Positions 9,812 to 20,682 of a stretch of 64,000 nucleotides of DNA are shown here, one piece after another (within the stretch, counting starts at the first letter, position 1; the number at the start of each line of letters is the position of its first letter). Source of the stretch: Elusimicrobiota bacterium (GTDB lineage Bacteria > Elusimicrobiota > Elusimicrobia > UBA1565); the NCBI GenBank assembly GCA_043827405.1, contig JBDRPD010000039.1:64001-128000 (forward strand), in the 5' to 3' direction. The notes under the pieces are model-generated. The model was not told the origin of the DNA. It made no database searches and saw only the letters and a program-made list of their open reading frames with translations. Made by a program: the position numbers and the translations under genes.

Positions 9812-11021
9812 TCGAGACGCCGTCGCGTTCGGGGCGGGGAAGGAGCCCGGCTTTCTTGCCGCAGTGCTCGAAGAGCTCGAGCGCGCGATCGATATGCTCG
9901 GCGGTATGGGTGGCCATCAGCGTGTTCCGGATGAGGGAATGCCCGGGAAGCACGGCCGGGGTGATGATGGGATTGTTGAATATCCCGGCGTCGAACGCCA
10001 GCCGCCAGAAGCGGAATACCTCTTCATCGTCCCCGATTTCGATGGGGACGATAGGGGTCTCGGTGACGCCGGTGGAGAGGCCCAAAGACTGCAGGCCGGT
10101 ACGCAGGCGCTGCGCATTATCCCACAGCCGCGCTCTCCGTTCCGGCTCGTCCTGGATGAAATCGATGGCCCGGGAGATCGCCGCCACGCAGGCGGGCGGG
10201 AGGGCGGCCGAGAACATCATGGATCGGGCGTTGAGCTGGATGTAGTGGATGACGTCCTTGTCGCCGGCCACGAAACCGCCGACGGAGCCGAGCGCTTTGG
10301 AGCAGGTGCCCACGATCAGGTCGACCTCGTTGTTCTCCAGGCCGAAATGCTCGCAGGTTCCCCGGCCGTTAAGGCCCAGGACGCCGGTGGAGTGGGCGTC
10401 GTCGAGCACGATGCGAGCGCCGTGCCTGCGGGCTGCCGCGACGATTCCCGGGAGATCGGCGATGTCGCCTTCCATGCTGAAGACCCCGTCCACGGCGATG
10501 AGCTTGCCCCGGTCCGCGGGGATGCCGCGCAAAATCTGCTCCAGGTGGTCCATGTCGTTGTGCCGGTAGCGCAGGGTCTCGCCCCAGGAAAGCCGGCCGC
10601 CGTCGATGATGGAAGCGTGATCCCCTTTGTCTACGATGACCACGTCCTTGCGTCCGGCCAGACAAGAGAGGACTCCGAGGTTCGTCTGGTAGCCGGTGGA
10701 AAAGATCAGGGCCGCCTCGCGGCGCTTGAATTTGGCGAGCTTCAGCTCCGTCTCATGATGGAGCTCCATCGTGCCGTTGAGGAAGCGCGAGCCGCCGCAG
10801 CCGGTACCCCAGTGCGCGACGGCGTCCTGGGCCGCCCGTTTCATCTCGGGATCACCGGCCAGGCCCAGGTAGTTGTTGGAGCCCAGCATGATGAGCTCGC
10901 GGTCGCCGACTTTAATCTGCGGTCCTTGGGCGGAGGCGAGAGGGATGAAGTAGGGAAAGATGTCGCGCTCCATAAGGCGCTTCGCGGTGTTAAAGCTGTA
11001 GCACTTGTCGAATATATCCAT
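9801..11021 (-). CDS. spt: Serine palmitoyltransferase (alpha-oxoamine synthase family)
   Basis: GSNNYLGL, GTGCGGSRFLNGT, DHASIIDG, DGVFSMEGD, DDAH and PLP-lysine GTCSKALG motifs. The sequence pattern matches Bacteroidetes-type SPT better than KBL or BioF, and a bCerS-like gene is adjacent. Confidence 0.82.
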   Translation of the reverse strand: MDIFDKCYSFNTAKRLMERDIFPYFIPLASAQGPQIKVGDRELIMLGSNNYLGLAGDPEMKRAAQDAVAHWGTGCGGSRFLNGTMELHHETELKLAKFKRREAALIFSTGYQTNLGVLSCLAGRKDVVIVDKGDHASIIDGGRLSWGETLRYRHNDMDHLEQILRGIPADRGKLIAVDGVFSMEGDIADLPGIVAAARRHGARIVLDDAHSTGVLGLNGRGTCEHFGLENNEVDLIVGTCSKALGSVGGFVAGDKDVIHYIQLNARSMMFSAALPPACVAAISRAIDFIQDEPERRARLWDNAQRLRTGLQSLGLSTGVTETPIVPIEIGDDEEVFRFWRLAFDAGIFNNPIITPAVLPGHSLIRNTLMATHTAEHIDRALELFEHCGKKAGLLPRPERDGVSIAA

Positions 11022-11036
11022 GGGTCGTCGGCCGCC

Positions 11037-11591
11037 TTAGCGGCGCCTATTTTTCTTTTTGGCTTTCTTCTTGAGGACCTTGATCGCCCGGCGGTACTTC
11101 TTGCGGATATGCTTCATCATCTGTTCCGGAATTTCGGGGGGCTCTAAGTAAGCGCTGTTGCGGTAGGTGGAGCTCATGACGAGGTCCCCCGTCTTGACAT
11201 CCACCATGCGCAAGGATACCGAGTGGATTTCGCCGCTTTCGCTGCCCAGTACGCTGTTGATGGTCCCGAAGATCACGGCGTCCACCTTGGCGCTCTGTCC
11301 CAGGAGCTGGAGATCCTCGGGCTTGAGGGCGTCGGTGTTGAAGTCGATTTTCTGCGTTTTCAGGATTCCCTCGAGCAGCCCGCGCTCAACGACCATAAAG
11401 CCGCTGGACATGAAGCCGGTCGCGAAGGCGTCGGCCATGGCGGGGCCGCCGTTGTTCTGGGACTGAAAGGGCATGACGGCGATGCGCTTATAGTCGCCGA
11501 TCGGCACGCTCTCGGGGATGGTGGTTCGCGTGGGACTGGAAAAACAGCCCGCAAGCAGGACGGGAAATATCAATAAAGGCGCGCGTCTCAT
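11037..11591 (-). CDS. Lipoprotein, CsgG/GNA1162/TolB-N-like alpha/beta fold
   Basis: Lipobox LLAGC; IAVMPF, VVER, VDAVIFGTI and LRMVDVKTG motifs; Lys/Arg-rich tail. Confidence 0.7.
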   Translation of the reverse strand: MRRAPLLIFPVLLAGCFSSPTRTTIPESVPIGDYKRIAVMPFQSQNNGGPAMADAFATGFMSSGFMVVERGLLEGILKTQKIDFNTDALKPEDLQLLGQSAKVDAVIFGTINSVLGSESGEIHSVSLRMVDVKTGDLVMSSTYRNSAYLEPPEIPEQMMKHIRKKYRRAIKVLKKKAKKKNRRR

Positions 11592-11829
11592 AATATCGGC
11601 CCGCTATTGTAGCAGTTTCGTCGGGAGAATAGGACTTTCCATATTTTTCCGTTTTCGAGGAAGCGGCGCTGCGAAGCCGCGGGTTCCCTGCCGCCCGTGT
11701 GCTCCCGGCTTTTGCCGAGTTGACCGCACCCCCTAGTCAATCCGGGTCGAGTTTTGTAGTATAAGCGCGTTCGCCCCCCCTGTTTTCCAGTCGGGGAAAC
11801 ACATCCAACCAGATAGGCAGGTAGCTTTT

Positions 11830-14559
<2,730 letters not shown>

Positions 14560-14574
14560 GCGGACGTCCGAGTT

Positions 14575-16335
14575 CTAGGAAGAGCCGGTCGGGGCTTTCG
14601 CCTCGGCCGGCTCTGCTTTGCCGCTGTCTTTGTAGCGCTTGACCGCGCGCAGGGTCAGAAAGTACAGCGGGACCGCCAAGGCCGCGCCGAGGATCAGGCC
14701 GCCGAGCATGGCCGTGCCGAAAACCTGCAGCCCCACGTCCAGAAGCGCATTGATCCCCGCGATCAGCCCTTCATTCGCCGCGCCGAGCAGGCCGGCCAGG
14801 GCTTCGGAGGCCGCCGGGGCCGCGGGGTTGAACCAGCTGCCGATGGTGTATTCCAGCCAGTAGAAGGGCGCCAGCGTCAGCGGGTTGGTGATCCAGATCA
14901 TGCTCATCGCGGCCGCGGTGCTCGCGCGCAGCGGCTTGCTGAGCGCCAGGATCATCAGCCACTGCAGGCCCACGGTCGGCGTCATGGCGATGAGGATTCC
15001 CAGCGCCACCCCGCGCGCGATGGTCCGCGCGGAAGTTTCATGCAGCAGCGCGTTCTTGAGCGCGTTGCGCCAGGTGTCGCGGACGCGCGTCCAGCTCCAG
15101 ATGCGGGCGCGCTTGGGGGTCTTGAGAGTCTTCTTGCCGGCCTCGAAGCCGACTTCAGCCAGGATTTCCAGCAGGGCTTTGCGGACCCGGCGGTCGAATC
15201 CGGCGGCCTCCTGCGACATGATCGACAGGGCTTTCTCGATCGACATCCCCTCGCGGTAGGGGCGGTTCTCCATCAAGGCGTCGAAGACGTCGGCGACGGC
15301 TACGATGCGCCCCCATTTGCTTATCTGCCGTCCGCGCTTGCCGAACGGATAGCCTGAGCCGTCCAGGCGCTCGTGATGCTCGAGCGCGACTCTCGCCGCC
15401 AGCTTGCGCAAATCCTTCGGCAGGTGGGAGAGCTCGGACAGCATCTGGGAACCGATCAGCGAATGACGCTTGATGGTCGCGAACTCCTCGTCGTTGAGCT
15501 TGCCGGGCTTGTTGATCGTCTCCGTGATCACCGGTTCCGTCTTGCCGAAATCGTGGTAGGTCGCGGCCCAGGCCAGGCGCTCGGCGAACAGCGGCGTGAC
15601 GCCCATCTTGAGCGCTATCAGCCCGCTCAGCAGGCCGACGCGCAGGGAGTGCCGGCCGGTGCCGGCGTCCCGGGTTTCAATGCGCTTGATCATCGCGTTC
15701 TTGAGCTGGATGCGGCGCCGGTCATGGTCATCGCGAGCATCCAGGCCGCGGTTTGCCAGGAGATTCCAGGAGCGCGATAGCACGCTCTCATAGCGCTCGT
15801 CCTTGATATTGTCGCGGCCGTAGATCGAGGGCTCGTACCAGGAATGGGCCAAGGCGGCTAAAGGGCTCGCGGCGTTTTGTGCGCCGTCAAAAAAGGCGTT
15901 GAGCTCCGCGGATTCCGGCAGCGCGCCGTTCTTCTTGCTAAGGCGAGTCTCGGCGGTCTGGCGGACTGAGCGTCCCTGTCCCGCCGCCCCGGGTACAGGG
16001 GATGCGGTGACGGGCTTGACCTTCGCCGCGCTGTTTCGGGCATGAGCGGGAAGTACCTGCGGCGTTTCGATAACTTGGGTAGGGGCAAAGCGCGGTTTAA
16101 GATCGGGGCTCTGGTTGGGAAGCGGCAGGTTCTCGAGGACGGGGAGAAGCAAGGTGCTGCCGAAGGTCAGCGCCTTCAGCGTGCTGTGCTTGTGCGCGCC
16201 GGAGGCCGCGCCGGCCGCCGCCGCGGCGCCGCCGCTTACGGGCGCCTGCACAACCGGCAATTTCCCGATATTCGCGAAGGCCGGGACGTTGAGCGCGAAG
16301 ATCAGCGTCAGCGCTACGATCCGCGATTTCATCAT
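14575..16335 (-). CDS. Signal peptide + low-complexity leader + HD-GYP domain + DUF2062-like membrane domain
   Basis: HSLRV, YHDFGK, KPGKL, HHERLDGSGYP, ADVFDAL and RPYR motifs; C-terminal IARGVALG..P...WITNPLT TM region. Confidence 0.85.
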   Translation of the reverse strand: MMKSRIVALTLIFALNVPAFANIGKLPVVQAPVSGGAAAAAGAASGAHKHSTLKALTFGSTLLLPVLENLPLPNQSPDLKPRFAPTQVIETPQVLPAHARNSAAKVKPVTASPVPGAAGQGRSVRQTAETRLSKKNGALPESAELNAFFDGAQNAASPLAALAHSWYEPSIYGRDNIKDERYESVLSRSWNLLANRGLDARDDHDRRRIQLKNAMIKRIETRDAGTGRHSLRVGLLSGLIALKMGVTPLFAERLAWAATYHDFGKTEPVITETINKPGKLNDEEFATIKRHSLIGSQMLSELSHLPKDLRKLAARVALEHHERLDGSGYPFGKRGRQISKWGRIVAVADVFDALMENRPYREGMSIEKALSIMSQEAAGFDRRVRKALLEILAEVGFEAGKKTLKTPKRARIWSWTRVRDTWRNALKNALLHETSARTIARGVALGILIAMTPTVGLQWLMILALSKPLRASTAAAMSMIWITNPLTLAPFYWLEYTIGSWFNPAAPAASEALAGLLGAANEGLIAGINALLDVGLQVFGTAMLGGLILGAALAVPLYFLTLRAVKRYKDSGKAEPAEAKAPTGSS

Positions 16336-16482
16336 GCTATTAAGATAGATGGATTGGGGGGATAATGGTTGGGGTATATGTCCCAGACGGCGGGGCCGAT
16401 GGGCCTGGGCCTATCCTCCCAGAAGAAATGGGGCGATTCTATTAAGTTGTATCCTGTATTGTTTGTTGGTAACATATATTGT

Positions 16483-17307
16483 TTGAACATCGATCTGCAT
16501 ACGCATATTCTGCCCAGGACGTGGCCTGATCTGGCCGCGCAGCGCGCCGGCGGTGAGCAGCCCTACCGCGAGGTGCCGGATATCTGTTGGAACATCAAGC
16601 GGCGTCTCGAGGAGATGGACAAAGACGACGTCGGCCTGCATGTTCTCTCGACCGTACCGTCGACTTTTCACTACGGGGCCAAATCCGAGGAAGTTCTTAA
16701 TCTGACGCGCATATTGAACAGCCATCTCGCCGCCTCGGTGGGGATGAATCCCAAGCGCTTTGCGGCGCTGGGGACCTTGCCGCTGCAGGATCCGGCGATG
16801 GCGGTAGGCGAGCTTAAGCGCTGCATGACGCTGCTGGGCCTGCGCGGAGTGGAGATCGGAACTTCGGTCAACGGCCGGGAGCTCGGCGCTCCGGAGCTGT
16901 TCCCGGTGTTTGCGGCTGCCGCCGAGCTGGGCGCCGCCATCCTCGTGCACGGCTCGAAGGACGACTCCGGCCCTGCCGTTAACTCCGTCGCCGCGGCCGG
17001 TATTTTTACCCGCCTGCCGGGGCTCCGCATCGCCTTCTCGCACGGGGGGGGGAATTTCGCCAAGGAGCACGCCGGCAAGTTCTATGCCGACACGCTCGGC
17101 TTGAACGCCGAAGAGGTGAAGGCGCTCGTCGACCTTATCGGAGTCGAGAAGGTCGCCTTCGGTTCGGGCTTCCTGTTCCCGGAAGGGGAAGTGCATTCGG
17201 GCAAGCTCCTCGCCGCGCTGCCGGATCTCGGCGCCGAGGCCAATGAGCGCCTGCTCTCCGGCACCGCCTTCGAATTGTTGGCCCTCACTCCCGACGTTTA
17301 CGTCTGA
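16483..17307 (+). CDS. Amidohydrolase-2 family, shortened ACMSD-like protein
   Basis: IDLHTH, GTLPLQDP, GVEIGT, ILVH and HGGG motifs; probable TTG start at 16483. Confidence 0.8.
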   Translation: MNIDLHTHILPRTWPDLAAQRAGGEQPYREVPDICWNIKRRLEEMDKDDVGLHVLSTVPSTFHYGAKSEEVLNLTRILNSHLAASVGMNPKRFAALGTLPLQDPAMAVGELKRCMTLLGLRGVEIGTSVNGRELGAPELFPVFAAAAELGAAILVHGSKDDSGPAVNSVAAAGIFTRLPGLRIAFSHGGGNFAKEHAGKFYADTLGLNAEEVKALVDLIGVEKVAFGSGFLFPEGEVHSGKLLAALPDLGAEANERLLSGTAFELLALTPDVYV

Positions 17308-17308
17308 T

Positions 17309-18067
17309 TCACTCCACCCGGATGAGATCGTCGGACGCGCCGTCCTGATCGAGCAGGAACCGGACGTAGATATCCATCCGGCTGTCCATGGAGCTCCAGC
17401 GCTTGTAGATGCGGCCGCGCCGGTCGAGGATGATGGTCGTCGGGATTTCGTTGACCCCGTAGAGTTTCGATATCGCCGAATGCTTACCCGAGCGGTCCCA
17501 TATCTGCGGCCAGGCGATGCCGTACTTCGCGAGCGCCGCTGCAAGATCGGCGCGCGTCTTGTCGGTGTTGATGCCGAGAATGACGAGCCCGCGGTCCGCG
17601 TGCTCGGCATGGAGCTTTTTTAGGTCGGGGATGAGCTTGACGCAGGGAGCGCACCAGCTGGCCCAGAAGTCCAGGATCACGACCTTGCCGTGCAGCGAGG
17701 CGAGCGATACTTCTGCGCCGCGCAGGTCGCGGGCGCGGAAATCCGGCGCCGCCGGCAGCTCCGAGTTGTAGCGCCGGCGCATCAGGAAGCCGTCGACGGC
17801 GTCGCAGCTCTTGTACAGCAGCAGCGCCGCGGCCAGAAGGACGAAGGGAATAAGCAGGGCTTTTAGCCAGCCTCCGAGCGAGCGCCGCTTGCGCTCTCTC
17901 TCCGCTTCCTGATCCAGCCGCGCCTCACGTTTCGCAAGGCATTGCGGGCAGTAGATGCTTCCCTGCCAGGCGGCGGCCCCGCATTCGGTGCAGAGCCGCC
18001 GCCCGCAGGCGGCGCAATCCCACTTGACGGGCTGGCCGGGATGACTGTTGCATTCGCCGCCGCTCAT
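17309..18067 (-). CDS. TlpA/ResA-like thiol-disulfide oxidoreductase with N-terminal B-box-like Zn finger and TM anchor
   Basis: CNSHP..CAAC..LCTEC..CPQC, one TM helix, APDF, FWASWCAPC, IPTTIILD. Confidence 0.85.
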   Translation of the reverse strand: MSGGECNSHPGQPVKWDCAACGRRLCTECGAAAWQGSIYCPQCLAKREARLDQEAERERKRRSLGGWLKALLIPFVLLAAALLLYKSCDAVDGFLMRRRYNSELPAAPDFRARDLRGAEVSLASLHGKVVILDFWASWCAPCVKLIPDLKKLHAEHADRGLVILGINTDKTRADLAAALAKYGIAWPQIWDRSGKHSAISKLYGVNEIPTTIILDRRGRIYKRWSSMDSRMDIYVRFLLDQDGASDDLIRVE

Positions 18068-18149
18068 GGTTCCGTTGTAGCAAATCCTCGGCCCGGCGCC
18101 GCTTATTATTGGGTACAATAACCTTCTAATTCCATCCAGGAGCCTGTTT

Positions 18150-19433
18150 ATGAGCGAAAAACACCCGTACTCAGCAGATTTCGAGAAAGCGCTGGAAGTC
18201 GGGCGCCCGCCGAACGTCAAGAAGCTGTTCCCCAATTCCAAGGCGCTGATCGTCAGCGGCAAAGTCATCGATCGCGCCCTGCTCAAGAAGGGCAAGGCGA
18301 TGACCATCGCCGCCAACGGGCGCAACAACCTCGTCATCCGCGGCGCCCTGAAGGCCGCCCAGCGGGCGAACGCGGCGCTGCTCATCGAGATCGCCAAATC
18401 GGAGGGCGGCACCGCCGCCTACTGCGCGCCGGGCCTGTGGGTCCTGGCGCGTCAGGTCGACGCCGCCTGCAACGAGCTCGGCATCACGGTTCCGGTCGCG
18501 GTCCACGCCGACCACTACGGCGTCAAGAAGGAGGCGGATATCGAGCAGGCCAAGACCGAGATTCCGACCTTGTTTGAGGCGGGGATTACCTCGATCGCCA
18601 TCGACGCCTCGCATATGCCCGATGACCAGAACCTGCTGGCCAGCCTCGAGCTCGCCAAGTTCGTGCCTTCGTGGGCGGGCTACGAAACCGAGGTCGGCGA
18701 GATCAAGGGCGACGAAGGGCTGTCCACCAAGGAGGAGGCGCTGTTTTTGATCCGGGGGCTCAACGCCCACGGCATACATCCGGACTGGATCGCCCTCAAC
18801 AACGGCTCCAGCCACGGCATTGAGGCCAGCGCCTCCGGCATCGACGTGCGGCTGACCAAAGAGATCCACGACGCCGTCGCCCCCTACCAGCTCTCCGGCG
18901 CCCAGCACGGCACCTCGGGCAACAGCTCCGAGCGCCTGCTGGAGATCGCGGGACAAACCAATACCACCAAAGCCAACGTCGCGACCGCGCTGCAGATGCT
19001 GTCCTGGGGTGTGGAGGTCAACGACTACGGCAACGCCGAGCTCGACGCCGACGGCAACTTCAAAAAGGACAAGGCCGCCGGCGTGACCGAAGCGCTGTGG
19101 AGCGAGATGGTCGCCTACGCGGCGAAGCAGGGCTGGAAAGGCGGCAACTACAAGAAGCTGAACCTGCCGTTCGAGAACAAGCTGCTGTCCCAGCCCCAGG
19201 AAATCCGCGAGCGCTGCGAGAAGGGCGTCGAGGACTTCGTCTATCACCTGTTGGTCGATGTCTTCAACGCCAAGGACACCGCGCCGCTCGGCATTCAGGC
19301 GATCCTCGAAGCCGGCTCGTATGACCTCGGACCCAAAGGGAAGAAGATCGAGGATCCGACGAACTGGACCAAGGATAAGATCGAAGCCAACGCCCCCAAT
19401 AAGGCGGTCAGCGCCGGCAACTACGACGACTGA
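18150..19433 (+). CDS. fba: Class II fructose-bisphosphate aldolase
   Basis: VHADHY, IDASH, ETEVGEI, NNGSSHG, AQHGTSG and KANVAT motifs. Confidence 0.88.
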   Translation: MSEKHPYSADFEKALEVGRPPNVKKLFPNSKALIVSGKVIDRALLKKGKAMTIAANGRNNLVIRGALKAAQRANAALLIEIAKSEGGTAAYCAPGLWVLARQVDAACNELGITVPVAVHADHYGVKKEADIEQAKTEIPTLFEAGITSIAIDASHMPDDQNLLASLELAKFVPSWAGYETEVGEIKGDEGLSTKEEALFLIRGLNAHGIHPDWIALNNGSSHGIEASASGIDVRLTKEIHDAVAPYQLSGAQHGTSGNSSERLLEIAGQTNTTKANVATALQMLSWGVEVNDYGNAELDADGNFKKDKAAGVTEALWSEMVAYAAKQGWKGGNYKKLNLPFENKLLSQPQEIRERCEKGVEDFVYHLLVDVFNAKDTAPLGIQAILEAGSYDLGPKGKKIEDPTNWTKDKIEANAPNKAVSAGNYDD

Positions 19434-19437
19434 GCGC

Positions 19438-20682
19438 TCAGCGGCTCTTTAGCGCGCCTTTGACCACGCGTACGGTGTCGCGGGCGATGATCAGCTCTTC
19501 GTTGGTAGGCAGGACGTAGAGCTTGATCTTGGAGCCGGCGGCCGAGAACAGCCCCGACGCGCCCGGCTTGAGCCGGCTGTTCCGCTGCCGGTCCAGCTTG
19601 ATGCCGAGATGCTCGAGGTCGGCGCAGACCCGCTCCCGGATCGGCGGCGAGTTCTCGCCCACGCCGCCGGTGAAGCAGATCGCGCGGCACTCCTTGAGCT
19701 CGGCCAGGTAGGCGCCGATATAGCGCCGCACCCGCCGGCAGAATATGCTGACCGCCAGATGCGCGCGCCGGTCCTTCTTCTCGCTCTCCTCTTCCAGGAG
19801 CTCGCGCATGTCGCTGGTCATCCCGGAAAGGCCGAGCAGCCCTGACTGCTTGTTGAGCAGGTTGTCGATCTGCTGCAGGCTCATGCCTTCTTTATGCGCG
19901 AGAAAGTCGATAATGGATGGGTCCATGTCGCCCGCGCGCGTGCCCATGACCAGGCCCTCGAGCGGGGTGAAGCCCATGGAGGTGTCGTAGGATTTGCCGC
20001 TCTTGATGGCGCAGGCGGAGGCGCCGTTGCCGAGATGCAAAGTGATGATGTTCACCTGCTCGGGCTTGAGCTTGTTCAGCTTACGGTAGCGGTAGGCCAC
20101 GTAGCGGTGCGAGGTCCCGTGGAAGCCGTAGCGCCGTATCTTATACCGGCGGTAGAGCTGGTAGGGAATGCCGTAAAGAAAGGAGTCCGGAGGCATGGTC
20201 TGGTGAAATGCGGTGTCGAAGACCGCTACCTGGGCTACCCCTTCGCCGAAGATCTGCTGGGCGGCCTGGATGCCCTTGATATTGGCCGGATTATGCAGCG
20301 GCGCCAGCTCGATGCAGTCCTCAAGGCCCTCCACGACTTCCGGCGTGATGCGGACCGAGCCGCTGAAGCGTTCGGCGCCGTGCACCACCCGGTGGCCGAC
20401 CGCGTGGATGTCCGCCACCGAGCGGATGCTCTCGATTCGCGACTCCTCGGAGATAATCCAGCGCAGGACGAAGTCGATGGCCTCGCGGTGATCGCGCAGC
20501 GGCATCGCCTTCTTCTCCCTGCCGCCGTTCACTTCGAGGGTGATCAGGCAGCGGCCTCCGATGCGCTCAATCACGCCGCGGGCGATGCGGCGGTCCCGGT
20601 CCTGCTCTATGAGCTTGAGGTCGGTGTCGATGATCTGGAACTTGAGGGTCGAGGATCCGCAGTTGAGTACGAGGATGTTCAT
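19438..20682 (-). CDS. ackA: Acetate kinase
   Basis: ILVLNCGSSTLK, GHRVVHG, APLHNP, YGFHGTSH, HLGNGAS, FTGGVGEN, PTNEE. Confidence 0.97.
   Translation of the reverse strand: MNILVLNCGSSTLKFQIIDTDLKLIEQDRDRRIARGVIERIGGRCLITLEVNGGREKKAMPLRDHREAIDFVLRWIISEESRIESIRSVADIHAVGHRVVHGAERFSGSVRITPEVVEGLEDCIELAPLHNPANIKGIQAAQQIFGEGVAQVAVFDTAFHQTMPPDSFLYGIPYQLYRRYKIRRYGFHGTSHRYVAYRYRKLNKLKPEQVNIITLHLGNGASACAIKSGKSYDTSMGFTPLEGLVMGTRAGDMDPSIIDFLAHKEGMSLQQIDNLLNKQSGLLGLSGMTSDMRELLEEESEKKDRRAHLAVSIFCRRVRRYIGAYLAELKECRAICFTGGVGENSPPIRERVCADLEHLGIKLDRQRNSRLKPGASGLFSAAGSKIKLYVLPTNEELIIARDTVRVVKGALKSR

Noticed and set aside
9801..11021. Annotation as BioF or glycine C-acetyltransferase
   Set aside because: The GSRFLNGT motif pattern and the adjacent bCerS-like GNAT favour SPT; no biotin or tdh genes are nearby. 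Not fully excluded without a phylogeny.
17309..18412. 367-aa extended version of the TlpA ORF
   Set aside because: The extension overlaps fba on the other strand; a -10 box supports the start at 18067.
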